From a virus, in the IMG/VR virus record IMGVR_UViG_3300037245_001773, positions 8,209-72,208 of that record: a stretch of DNA of 64,000 nt. The stretch is one strand, 5' to 3'. Each line of letters opens with the position of its first letter. Position 1 is the first letter of the stretch. The notes under the pieces were generated by a model. That model was not told the DNA's origin and ran no database searches. It was given only the letters and a program-made list of their open reading frames with translations. Made by a program: the position numbers and the translations under genes. Below, piece after piece: positions 37,560-45,920 of this stretch.

Positions 37560-37979
37560 TTATTTATCAACCGCCTTATGAGTAAGCAGACCGATTGCGA
37601 AAGGAAATAGCAGAATAAACTGAAGCGGTATTTTGTGAATATACGCCAAATAGGAGCACACAAAGCAAACGACAGGTAATGCCCAACCGTGGGTAAACCC
37701 TCTATGTTTGTCTGAGCTGAAGGCCATATATACGATGCCCGTCACCGCTGAATGTCTGTCTTTCCCGTACCACATAAGCAGAGCCGCGATGATAATTCCA
37801 GCCCATGCGAACATCCTTGACGGTATACTTCCGGTATCGATATCGCTTGCCAGGGAACCGATTACAGTCACCCCTGCAAACGCTAATCCTGCAACTGGAT
37901 TCTTTGTGATGTACCAGGCAGTTGCTCCGGTTATTAGTCCGGTTGCGGTTCCTGCTAATGCGTGCGCTCGAAAATTCAC
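37560..37979 (-). CDS. YdjM-family membrane metal-dependent hydrolase
   Basis: AH, GSLASDID, HRGFTH and H-x-x-x-D motifs; several TM segments. Confidence 0.8.
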   Translation of the reverse strand: MNFRAHALAGTATGLITGATAWYITKNPVAGLAFAGVTVIGSLASDIDTGSIPSRMFAWAGIIIAALLMWYGKDRHSAVTGIVYMAFSSDKHRGFTHGWALPVVCFVCSYLAYIHKIPLQFILLFPFAIGLLTHKAVDK

Positions 37980-38006
37980 TTTATCCCCTATTTGATTGAT
38001 GTTTTA

Positions 38007-38285
38007 TTAGTGCCTTTGTAATGCTGTTTCACTTGTCCCTGTTGACGTTTTTGGTGTTTCTGTTATTGTTTCGGGTCCATCCTGGTAGAAATCTTCCACG
38101 TCATGCCCTGGATTCTCGAATGGATTAACGCGAGTGTTCCAAGCTTTGATTAAGTCCCGCCTACTGTCCCTGTCCATTATTATCTCGCAGCGTTCACATT
38201 CTATCCACCATCCCGAGTCTGCCGGTTCTGGTCCCACTGGTTTTGTATCGCAAAAAGGACACGGCTTTAATTCTTCACCTATCAC
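38007..38285 (-). CDS. Lar-family restriction alleviation protein
   Basis: ELKPCPFC...IECERC...IKAWNTR. Confidence 0.75.
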   Translation of the reverse strand: MIGEELKPCPFCDTKPVGPEPADSGWWIECERCEIIMDRDSRRDLIKAWNTRVNPFENPGHDVEDFYQDGPETITETPKTSTGTSETALQRH

Positions 38286-38494
38286 AATAACCCCCTCAAT
38301 CTCTCAATTATACTCAATTTTCTGACAGGAAACCTTCTATATTCGTGGCCACTGCTCTCAGTTTGTCAGGTATTGTGGTTTCATCTTCTATACCCATGAA
38401 CTGTACTTTTGCCACATACCCGTCTAACTTAAATACTAACTCCTGTCTTATTACTTCACCATCCAGTTTGTTTTTATTGACTGTTATTTCCATT

Positions 38495-39175
38495 TTACAT
38501 CCACCCCTTTAATCTTTCAATAATCGTTAATTGTCTGACAGGCTTCACACCTAACGCTTTCATGTTCCGGATGATGTGTTTGACTGCCATGATTTTATTA
38601 TAATAGTTTTGCGTCTCCGATGGCAAGGTGGATTTGCCTAATAGCCACGATTTTACTCGACTGGCTCCGCAGTTATAAGCGAGTATGGATAACTTGGCTG
38701 TTTCTTTGTGGTATCTGAATTGCTTGAATAGGATCCCCATATGTTTTGCGCCGAGTCGGGTGTTTATCACTGGATCTTTGCCGTACTTCAATATTTTGGC
38801 CGGTGTGGGTACCATTGTGAATGTTTGGCCCATGATTGTCTTCTCTTTGGTCATGTAATGCCGAATATTGAAGGGCATGAGCTGCCATAAGCCGATTGCG
38901 TTTGATCTGCTGATAGCGTCAGGCTTGAATGATGATTCCACAGCTGGAACAGCGATCAACCATCTCGGCAAGTCTTCTTTGTCCAGGTATTTGAACATCA
39001 TTTTCGAGTAGCCCACCATGCGCCCGAGAATTAATTCCAGGTCTTGCTTGCAAGCTCGGTTCTTTTCAAGGGTTGTGCAATCTCTGAGATAAAAATCTGT
39101 CCATTGTTCGATGCTGAAAACGGTTGCATTTAGATGGAATGGAATGAGCAAAAAAAGAATGATCAAGATTCTCAT
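38495..39175 (-). CDS. Lytic transglycosylase (SLT/MltD-like) with signal peptide; endolysin candidate
   Basis: AVESSFKPDAISRSNAIGLWQLMP, LAYNCG and ETQNYY motifs. Confidence 0.88.
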   Translation of the reverse strand: MRILIILFLLIPFHLNATVFSIEQWTDFYLRDCTTLEKNRACKQDLELILGRMVGYSKMMFKYLDKEDLPRWLIAVPAVESSFKPDAISRSNAIGLWQLMPFNIRHYMTKEKTIMGQTFTMVPTPAKILKYGKDPVINTRLGAKHMGILFKQFRYHKETAKLSILAYNCGASRVKSWLLGKSTLPSETQNYYNKIMAVKHIIRNMKALGVKPVRQLTIIERLKGWM

Positions 39176-39400
39176 TTATTTGTTTTGAGGTGGAATTCTG
39201 ACGACTGCTTGCATTGGAAACATGTGAACCATGAAACTAACATCACCTCTTTTATCTTCAAGACGCTTTCCAGGCGGAAGCAAATCTTTTTCGATGTCTT
39301 CCCAGTCTCGATCTATTAATGATCTTTTCAACCGGTCTTCTATCATTTCTTCAAATGTCTTGCGCGGTAGTGCGTCTGCTTTAATTTTGTTTGGCTTCAT
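39176..39400 (-). CDS. Hypothetical protein
   Basis: Coupled ORF. Confidence 0.55.
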   Translation of the reverse strand: MKPNKIKADALPRKTFEEMIEDRLKRSLIDRDWEDIEKDLLPPGKRLEDKRGDVSFMVHMFPMQAVVRIPPQNK

Positions 39401-39750
39401 TCCTTATTCTCTCCCCCTACGCCTCTGTTTATGCGGTCTTTCGTGCGACTTTCGAGTAATGCGATTGCCATTTGAGCGTATCCAAGAGCAACTTCATTTT
39501 CGGTGCATGGAAAGTCCCCTGCCTGAAATCCCTTGAGTCTATGAATACAGATAGCGAATAAATCTTCTATCTGGCAGCCGTTGACACCGTTTTCTTGAAT
39601 TGGGCCTTTTTGAAAGTAGACGAATTGATCAGTCATTTCTTTGTTATCATCGTCTGACGATTTTACCATGTACCGATGACAAGCGCCGCCTTCTCCTGGT
39701 TCATCCATTACAATTACTTTTGCATGCTCTGTTTCTCTGATTGTTTTCAT
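39397..39750 (-). CDS. tad1: Tad1-like anti-Thoeris/anti-CBASS nucleotide sponge
   Basis: GEGGACHRY, FQKG, DLFAICIHRLKGFQAGDF-x-x-x-EN-x-x-AL and RTKDRINRGV match, in order, the CbTad1 motifs as I recall them; GAGGAG RBS before ATG 39750. Confidence 0.8.
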   Translation of the reverse strand: MKTIRETEHAKVIVMDEPGEGGACHRYMVKSSDDDNKEMTDQFVYFQKGPIQENGVNGCQIEDLFAICIHRLKGFQAGDFPCTENEVALGYAQMAIALLESRTKDRINRGVGGENKE

Positions 39751-39980
39751 CTCTCCTCTGTATGTTCTGATATTATTTTTAACATCGGGTATCCCCATGT
39801 GAATATTATGCCAATAGAGGTGCACAATAAATTAAACCATATTGGATAAAAAGACAGGATTCCTAATTTTAGGGGATCAAATAAATACGTTGAAGAAAAA
39901 AAGAATTGGCCCAACAATGGAATGAGACCAATTACAATGATGACCCTGCCAACCATAAGTAATTTCTTTTCCTTGTCCAT
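39747..39980 (-). CDS. Small two-TM membrane protein
   Basis: Two hydrophobic segments; ATGA-coupled to tad1. Confidence 0.6.
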   Translation of the reverse strand: MDKEKKLLMVGRVIIVIGLIPLLGQFFFSSTYLFDPLKLGILSFYPIWFNLLCTSIGIIFTWGYPMLKIISEHTEER

Positions 39981-40000
39981 CCTCTCTCTCGTTTAATGTT

Positions 40001-40246
40001 TTACCGATTAGCGAAGCCTTCCACGCGCTCGACATCTGATTGAATTACGATATAACCGTATATTTCACCACATCTTGAGCATGAAATGGTATTTCCTATT
40101 GTTTGGAATATATCGTAACCGCACCCTTGGCATAAACCATCTGGATAAATACCGGCAATCCTTCCGCAAAATTCACATGGATGTGATACATGATTAAAAC
40201 ATCCTGGATGATCGCATGGTTCGCCTTTTTTAAATACTTCGCTCAT
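40001..40246 (-). CDS. Cys/His-rich zinc-binding protein
   Basis: GEPCDHPGCFNHVSHPCEFCGR plus CQGC and CSRC. Confidence 0.65.
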   Translation of the reverse strand: MSEVFKKGEPCDHPGCFNHVSHPCEFCGRIAGIYPDGLCQGCGYDIFQTIGNTISCSRCGEIYGYIVIQSDVERVEGFANR

Positions 40247-40638
40247 CTCATTTTTTTGTTTAATGTTTTACAGCCACCGTGACTCAACCTGGCTCCTGAT
40301 TTAGAGCGTGGGAACTGTCATCCACATTTGGCGATCTGATACGGTGGCATTGATTATCTTTTTATCGGCTTCGATTCTTGGCCTCCTCGGGCACAAAAAC
40401 TTTAGCCAGAAAGTTGCTGATTAGATATAAATACATGTCTTTTCCTTATTTTTGGGTCCCGGCCCCACACTGCGATAGTAACGAGTGCGCGTTTATGTCG
40501 AACTCAAGTTCTCCGAAGCCGGGGTTTAATGTTTCAGGGCATGGCTGCTGTTCAAGTGGTCCAACTCCATTTGATTGTTGGTCCGGCTATTCACCCTTGC
40601 TAATCCATGCCCCATTGAAATGGTTATTGTGATTGTTA

Positions 40639-41076
40639 TTATTGGCATGGTGGTTTGAGGGTTTTCATTACATTAGATAACAATGTTAGCCCGCTGTTCA
40701 TTTTACCATCAATAATCAATTCAGCTGCCTCTCTCAACTCCTTTGTCCGGTTCCATTCTTTGAGGCTAAAATATTTATGACACAAAGCTATGGTATTTCT
40801 GACTGTGGCATGAACGCAATCAGCATTCCATATGCCATCAACCGGACCTTGTTTTCTGGCTATTTCTTCTATCTCTTCAGCCGTCAAAACCTTTGGCTCT
40901 GCTTTTATTACTTGCCATTTGTCTGACGCGATAGCGTTTGGAGTGGGGAAGTTTACCTGATTATCAAGAATATACTTCAAGGTAAGTTTGCCAGTTGAAT
41001 TCCACCCCTCTTCGAGAAAAGGAATATCATCATCACCGCATTTAAACGCTTGTTCCATTTTCATGTATTTGGTCAT
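40639..41076 (-). CDS. Hypothetical protein (shares EPKVLT with 62095-62634)
   Basis: GAGGAG RBS before MTKY. Confidence 0.6.
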   Translation of the reverse strand: MTKYMKMEQAFKCGDDDIPFLEEGWNSTGKLTLKYILDNQVNFPTPNAIASDKWQVIKAEPKVLTAEEIEEIARKQGPVDGIWNADCVHATVRNTIALCHKYFSLKEWNRTKELREAAELIIDGKMNSGLTLLSNVMKTLKPPCQ

Positions 41077-41089
41077 ATCTCCTCTTTGG

Positions 41090-41275
41090 TTATTCCGCAT
41101 TATAGGTAAATTCATTTTCCGAAACGCTGGTCACTTTATAGACAACCGGTTTAGGCGTATACCAGAAAGCGAGCCATAGAATGAAGCGCTTGAACCAGTG
41201 CTTTTTCTCTTCTTTGACATACACCGCATCACCGGCTTTTAGATCATGGCCTGCTGTTGCTTTGATTGTGTTCAT
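41090..41275 (-). CDS. Hypothetical protein
   Basis: Coupled ORF. Confidence 0.5.
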   Translation of the reverse strand: MNTIKATAGHDLKAGDAVYVKEEKKHWFKRFILWLAFWYTPKPVVYKVTSVSENEFTYNAE

Positions 41276-41631
41276 GATTCTTTTAGTTCCCTGATTACAC
41301 CGAAACCCGCCATTAATGAGTTATCTGACAAGACGTTTATCACTTCATCAATCGCAGCGTTCCAGCCAGTTTTTCTATCTTCATATTCAACTCTGTTTTT
41401 ATGGAAATTCATGCCGCCTGAATTCCACTTCTGAAAGGCTGATTGTTTTGGTGGTAAGTATACCCATGTTCTAGAAATATCAGAAGGGGTAAATATAATA
41501 CGCCCCCCATTCATGTATCTTTTCAATTCGTCGGCTGTATGCCTGCCGCAATGTTCTTGATTTTTGTGGTGTATTAGTCCGCCGTTCTCCTTGCATAGCT
41601 CAATTGCTTTTTGTAATGTGCATTCTATCAT
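41272..41631 (-). CDS. Hypothetical protein
   Basis: GGGGAG RBS; GWNAAIDEV motif. Confidence 0.6.
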   Translation of the reverse strand: MIECTLQKAIELCKENGGLIHHKNQEHCGRHTADELKRYMNGGRIIFTPSDISRTWVYLPPKQSAFQKWNSGGMNFHKNRVEYEDRKTGWNAAIDEVINVLSDNSLMAGFGVIRELKES

Positions 41632-41686
41632 GTCTCCCCCTTGTTCACAAATTCATGAGTTTCTAGCGCCTCAACTATCACGGCGG

Positions 41687-42067
41687 TTATGAATGGATAA
41701 GAACCTCTGTTTTTAGCTCATCGTCTGATTCGAATGCGCTGAATACATGCTGACCAATCCAGTAATCAATAATTTGCGCATCATCCCACTCGGCAGCAGT
41801 GTTATGGCTGATTTTAACGTAAATCCTACTTATATCTTCATTGTAGGCAAATCGTGTCCCGAGTGCAAGCGAATCAAAAGGTTTCTTGATTAAATTATAC
41901 GTTACAGTACACTTGCTTTCGATCTCATGATTTTCTAGGGCTTCAACCATTACTGAGGTCATTGAGCAGTTTTGTTTTTCACTGATGAACCTGAGATGAT
42001 TTACTGATCTTTCTGGGAGGTTCCAGGGGCCTATCTTGATATGTCCTCTTTGGTTTCTTTTTGGCAT
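41687..42067 (-). CDS. RHH-like N-terminus fused to an unknown domain
   Basis: WNLPERSVNHLRFISEKQNCSMTSVMVEALENH. Confidence 0.55.
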   Translation of the reverse strand: MPKRNQRGHIKIGPWNLPERSVNHLRFISEKQNCSMTSVMVEALENHEIESKCTVTYNLIKKPFDSLALGTRFAYNEDISRIYVKISHNTAAEWDDAQIIDYWIGQHVFSAFESDDELKTEVLIHS

Positions 42068-42246
42068 ACTTTCTCTATTCGTTTATACTTCTCAATCCAT
42101 GCGTTGAACTTCTTATCAAAGCGCTTCTTTTCCATCACAGACATAAATCCATTCTTAACCAATCCCTCAGCGCATGATTGAACATACTCATTGAGTGTCA
42201 GGATTGTGCTCTCGATATGGATGTTTAGCATTGGGTGATTTTTCAT
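42031..42246 (-). CDS. Hypothetical protein
   Basis: Co-oriented ORF. Confidence 0.5.
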   Translation of the reverse strand: MKNHPMLNIHIESTILTLNEYVQSCAEGLVKNGFMSVMEKKRFDKKFNAWIEKYKRIEKVCQKETKEDISR

Positions 42247-42275
42247 TGGCTTTTATTCAAGGTGCAATTCTTTTA

Positions 42276-42385
42276 AACAGCTATTCGACAGGATTCGAAC
42301 CTGCGGGGATCGGGGTATAGGCCACTGGACCACCCCTCACCCTAACCAGTGCTAACGTTAAACCTTTCCGCCACAAATAGCTGCT
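42276..42385 (-). ncRNA. tRNA-like RNA with canonical T arm and acceptor stem but an aberrant anticodon domain
   Basis: AGCAGCTATTTG/CGAATAGCTGTT stem, TGGCGGAAAGG D-like segment, GCAGG-TTCGAAT-CCTGT T arm; no 7-nt anticodon loop and no CCA. Confidence 0.6.
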
Positions 42386-42390
42386 TATAT

Positions 42391-42476
42391 ACAGAGAACA
42401 GGCTTCGAACTTTCGGTCAGAGCCGGTTTAAATTCACGGTGGTGACCTATTCTAATCCGATTCCTATCTACTCTGC
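42391..42476 (-). ncRNA. Degenerate tRNA-like / structured element
   Basis: GCAGAG/CTCTGT and ATAGG/CCTGT stems, with GTTCGAA near the 3' end. Confidence 0.35.
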
Positions 42477-42483
42477 AATTCTT

Positions 42484-42619
42484 TATCATTCAAAGCCGGT
42501 GTTTTGCCACTAAACTACAACATCAAGATCAGCCATTGAATATATCCTTTCTATACTTTTCACTGCTTGACTAGATGCCCCGGAATTGAACCAGGGGGCT
42601 CCGACACTCGGTATCATTC
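42484..42619 (-). ncRNA. tRNA(Gln)-like halves in permuted order (3' half precedes 5' half)
   Basis: GTCGG-AGCCC-CCTGG-TTCAATT-CCGGG-GCATCTA-GTCA, then about 41 nt, then TTGATGT-TGTA-GTTTAGTGGCAAAAC-A-CCGGC-TTTGA. Confidence 0.5.
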
Positions 42620-42850
42620 TTTTAAAATACACCGCCGCCACTTTTCGCCGGTCGTTCCACCGGTCAGCACGTTGAACAATTTATGCTGGAAAAGGGTATA
42701 TCCATCCAAACCCAGTCAGCAGAAAAGGAGGGTCAGGACAGCATCAAAGCGGTGTATCTTTGTATGGCCGGTAACTCAGATCAGGGAAAGCTACCGGCCT
42801 CTTATCGGGCTAGCTCCACCCAGCCCACGCACTCAAGTTCTGAGCGCATT
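42620..42850 (-). ncRNA. Multi-hairpin structured non-coding region
   Basis: Hairpins GCGCTCA/TGAGTGC, GGGCT/AGCCC, GGCCGGTA/TACCGGCC and CAGCA/TGCTG; long-range ATACACCGC/GCGGTGTAT; no minus-strand ORF. Confidence 0.55.
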
Positions 42851-42930
42851 CTTGGATCAAAAAACTGTAACCGGTCAGGGTTTTTCTGTTTCATGATCAC
42901 AATTTCATTGTACAGGGTTCCATACTTTTG

Positions 42931-43116
42931 TCAATACTTTATTTTCTGTGTTCCGTCGTTATTCATGATAAAATGCAGGGTATCAGCCAGTATCCTGTCG
43001 TTGAGATCTTCCGCTATCTGACGTGTTGTTTTTCCTTCTGGATCTATTGGCGTTCCCCTTATCGACTCTAGCCTGGCCTCTTCTTCCTCGTCAATAAACC
43101 TTACTTCAGCCCTCAT
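42931..43116 (-). CDS. Hypothetical protein
   Basis: GAGGA RBS. Confidence 0.55.
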   Translation of the reverse strand: MRAEVRFIDEEEEARLESIRGTPIDPEGKTTRQIAEDLNDRILADTLHFIMNNDGTQKIKY

Positions 43117-43138
43117 AATTCATCCTCTGTTAGTGGTT

Positions 43139-43405
43139 TTATGACGGTTCCATGACTGAGACAATATCAAAATTCTTTTGAGCTGATTCAAGCCTTGACT
43201 TTGATCTTTCAAGTTCCTGAATTACTCTGAGTTGTAGGAATGAAAAAGCATCTTCCCATGAATCAAAATGTTGATTGGATTGCGTGTTCTTTCTTTCGTG
43301 GTACTGTTGATTCTTGATCCAAATAGAGTGCTCGGACTCTTTGGTAATTTCAAGTTTTTCGATCTTCGTTCTATACTCATTTACCCTGTATTTAAACTTT
43401 TCCAC
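43139..43405 (-). CDS. Hypothetical protein
   Basis: GAGGG RBS. Confidence 0.6.
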   Translation of the reverse strand: MEKFKYRVNEYRTKIEKLEITKESEHSIWIKNQQYHERKNTQSNQHFDSWEDAFSFLQLRVIQELERSKSRLESAQKNFDIVSVMEPS

Positions 43406-43449
43406 TTTATTCCCTCTGTTAGTGGTTAGTAATATCTATGTGTTTCCGA

Positions 43450-43719
43450 CTAAAGTTTATGCTTTTTTACATAGTTCCAGACCTCTAAACAGCCAGTGCA
43501 TGTCGGGCGCTTATCGGTTTCGTGCATGTTGAGATCCATTCGATCAACATTCCCACATAATGTCTCCATCATATTAAAACCAACTATATGAACAATGTCC
43601 GGACCTTCATCCCCTTCTGTGTAATACTCAGCGTTAATCTTTGGGGTATAATATAATCTTTCGGCGATTTCCAGCATTTGGAATACTCGGTTAATAGTTA
43701 ATAAGGAATAACTGGTCAA
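43450..43719 (-). CDS. Hypothetical zinc-binding protein (start uncertain)
   Basis: H...TLCG...TCTGC. Confidence 0.55.
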   Translation of the reverse strand: MTSYSLLTINRVFQMLEIAERLYYTPKINAEYYTEGDEGPDIVHIVGFNMMETLCGNVDRMDLNMHETDKRPTCTGCLEVWNYVKKHKL

Positions 43720-43722
43720 TAA

Positions 43723-43962
43723 TTAGGCGCTTTCGGTTAATATGATGTCGGCCACTTTTCTCAGAAAGAACTTTTTCTTTAGATTTTTCTTCATTGGAAA
43801 TCCCATGTATCCAACGAGAACAAACAGGAAGTCTTTTGTTCCATTATCCAATGCCCTGATTAATGATCTCCTGTCTTTTATTAATTTTATTTCACTGATG
43901 TATCCGTCAATCTCTTTCTTTCCGCCAAGCACTTCTTTAGCCCAATCTTCTTTTGTTTTCAT
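43723..43962 (-). CDS. Hypothetical protein
   Basis: AAGGAG RBS. Confidence 0.6.
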   Translation of the reverse strand: MKTKEDWAKEVLGGKKEIDGYISEIKLIKDRRSLIRALDNGTKDFLFVLVGYMGFPMKKNLKKKFFLRKVADIILTESA

Positions 43963-43977
43963 CTCAATCTCCTTTCG

Positions 43978-44196
43978 TTATGTGTTGTTTAGTGCTGATT
44001 TCTTGAGTTTCTTAAGCTTTTGGATCTTGTTATGCAAATCATCAAAGAAAAGCCCTAGTGTCTCTTCACTAAGACCGTCTTCATGGAGATACTGCGCGTG
44101 CTCAATAGAATAAATATGGTTCTCAAATAAAAAATGAGCTATATCACAACTCTGCGCCTCTTCCCAGCAATCGTTAATTTTATCCATATCAATCAT
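43978..44196 (-). CDS. Hypothetical protein
   Basis: AAGGAG upstream. Confidence 0.55.
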   Translation of the reverse strand: MIDMDKINDCWEEAQSCDIAHFLFENHIYSIEHAQYLHEDGLSEETLGLFFDDLHNKIQKLKKLKKSALNNT

Positions 44197-44240
44197 CTTC
44201 TCATCTCCTTTGATTGCTGGGTTAATCTATTGATGTGGTG

Positions 44241-44492
44241 TTAAATCATGTTTATTAAACCACCGTCATCTACCCCAATAAATTTAGATTCGGTATACGT
44301 TGGAGTATAATATATTTTTCTGAGATCAAAACATCCCGGTTCAGATCCTAAGATAACGATGTTTATTTCAACGTTTTCAAGAATTGAGAAATCAATGGTT
44401 TTGTCCTCGAATACGTACTTAAGCCTAGAATATGTAACTACCCCATTTTTAACTTTCCTTTTGAAATTTTTGTAATAGGCTGTTTTTTTCAT
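44241..44492 (-). CDS. Hypothetical protein
   Basis: Co-oriented ORF. Confidence 0.55.
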   Translation of the reverse strand: MKKTAYYKNFKRKVKNGVVTYSRLKYVFEDKTIDFSILENVEINIVILGSEPGCFDLRKIYYTPTYTESKFIGVDDGGLINMI

Positions 44493-44497
44493 CTTTG

Positions 44498-44776
44498 TTA
44501 ATTATCCAGTTCCGCAAATATATTATCGTATTCTGTTTTATCCTTATTCCATGCAGCAATTGCTCTATACGAAATAGGGCAAGTAATTAAACCCATAGAA
44601 TCACTACACGCTAAATAGTCGTGCCATATTTCACAATCAGGGCAATAAATATCTGAATAAAAGATCACTCTCAATTCTCCAATATTAAATTCTATCTTCA
44701 ATACGCTGTCGATATTCCAGGGGAACATCATCTTTATACTTATCCCAAAATATCTTGAATTCTGCTCGGTCTTCAT
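44498..44776 (-). CDS. Hypothetical protein (Lar-like AIAAWN C-terminus)
   Basis: IYCPDC...AIAAWN. Confidence 0.5.
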   Translation of the reverse strand: MKTEQNSRYFGISIKMMFPWNIDSVLKIEFNIGELRVIFYSDIYCPDCEIWHDYLACSDSMGLITCPISYRAIAAWNKDKTEYDNIFAELDN

Positions 44777-44867
44777 CTGTGAGGGTTCCGGCTTCGAATT
44801 TGACTTCGAATTCTGTTATGGACATGGGTTCCTTTTTGGTTGCCGGTATTGTGACCGGCGTTTTGGT

Positions 44868-45089
44868 CTATGCAGAATATTTTTTAAGGTGATTGAAATC
44901 CGTTCCGTGGTCTTTTTTGCCAATTAACCATGCTGGGCATTTCGTATTTTTTGAGACAATACTGCATCCATCAAATATACCCCTGAAGGATTCAAAATCG
45001 TATTCGTTCCAGTCTGATCTAACCGTTGCTACATGAATAATTCTGTTGTTTTTGTAAATCGGGATATGTAGCGTTTCCAGTTTTTTCAT
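44868..45089 (-). CDS. Hypothetical protein (start moved to MKKLE)
   Basis: GGAG RBS. Confidence 0.55.
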   Translation of the reverse strand: MKKLETLHIPIYKNNRIIHVATVRSDWNEYDFESFRGIFDGCSIVSKNTKCPAWLIGKKDHGTDFNHLKKYSA

Positions 45090-45102
45090 TTTTATCTCCG
45101 GT

Positions 45103-45336
45103 TTAGACTGATTCAAGTTCAAGATTTTGCAGTTTTTCTGCTTGCTCGGATATGCACTTTTGTAAACTGTTCCTGTCCCATCCATTCTTTACGAATTCTG
45201 GAACGCCACCGTTTTCAATTATCTCTTGATTTTGTTGTTCCGCCAATTCAAGTAAGTCGGATCTTTTATAATCAACCAAACCGCAGTAACAAAGGTCCAT
45301 GATTTCGATCCAGTCCATTTTAAGAAGCTCATTCAT
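45103..45336 (-). CDS. Hypothetical protein
   Basis: AAGGA RBS. Confidence 0.6.
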   Translation of the reverse strand: MNELLKMDWIEIMDLCYCGLVDYKRSDLLELAEQQNQEIIENGGVPEFVKNGWDRNSLQKCISEQAEKLQNLELESV

Positions 45337-45383
45337 CTTTGATTCCTTGTTAAGATTGTGCCGGGTTGCCCCGGCTTTGGTTC

Positions 45384-45569
45384 CTAATGCAATGGTGATG
45401 GACTAAGATCACCATTTGTTCGCTCATCAACAAATGCTCTGTCAAGAGTTGCCCATTCTTCGGTTGCCCAAAACTTAAAGGCATAACGGTTGGCCTCATC
45501 ATGAAAACAAATGATGGTCTTGCCAGTGATGCGCTCTATTGCGCGAAAAATCTTATCGGAAGCTGTCAT
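45384..45569 (-). CDS. Hypothetical protein
   Basis: AGGA RBS; first ORF after an early promoter. Confidence 0.5.
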   Translation of the reverse strand: MTASDKIFRAIERITGKTIICFHDEANRYAFKFWATEEWATLDRAFVDERTNGDLSPSPLH

Positions 45570-45670
45570 GGGATTTCCTGTATGGAGTTAACTGCGCGGG
45601 TGGAAAAACAAAGGAATTTATTTTAAATCCGGTATTTTCTAACCCGCTTTAACCCGGTGCGCGGTTTTAA

Positions 45671-45878
45671 GTTTTTGTTGTTTTGTATGTCTTAATCATA
45701 ACATTATGGCAATATATGTCAAGTAAATAATCATATTATTTTAATTTATTTTTGCCTTCCTTGGCTTTGATGAATAGGGGCTGGACGGGGGGTCGTTTTT
45801 GCTGTGTGGTTTTCGTGCTGATCGTTTTTAGCGTATGCTACTGAAACATAACGGTATTATCGTTTTAAATCGGTTTTC
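45671..45878 (-). promoter_or_regulatory. Early promoter module, copy 1
   Basis: TTGACA-N16-(TG.)TATGAT at 45695-45722, AT-rich UP region, upstream box ATAACGGTATTATCGTTTTAAATCGGTTTTC (+ strand). Confidence 0.7.
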
Positions 45879-45920
45879 AATATGCCGGATCGGTAAAAAC
45901 GGAAATATCGGTGTATCTTG

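Noticed and set aside
42276-42619. Calling canonical tRNA genes
   Set aside because: None has a contiguous cloverleaf with a 5-bp stem and 7-nt anticodon loop, so they are reported as tRNA-like only
42567-43021. Plus-strand ORFs 42567-42896 and 42683-43021
   Set aside because: They run against the local gene direction, have no RBS or motifs, and RNA structure explains the region better
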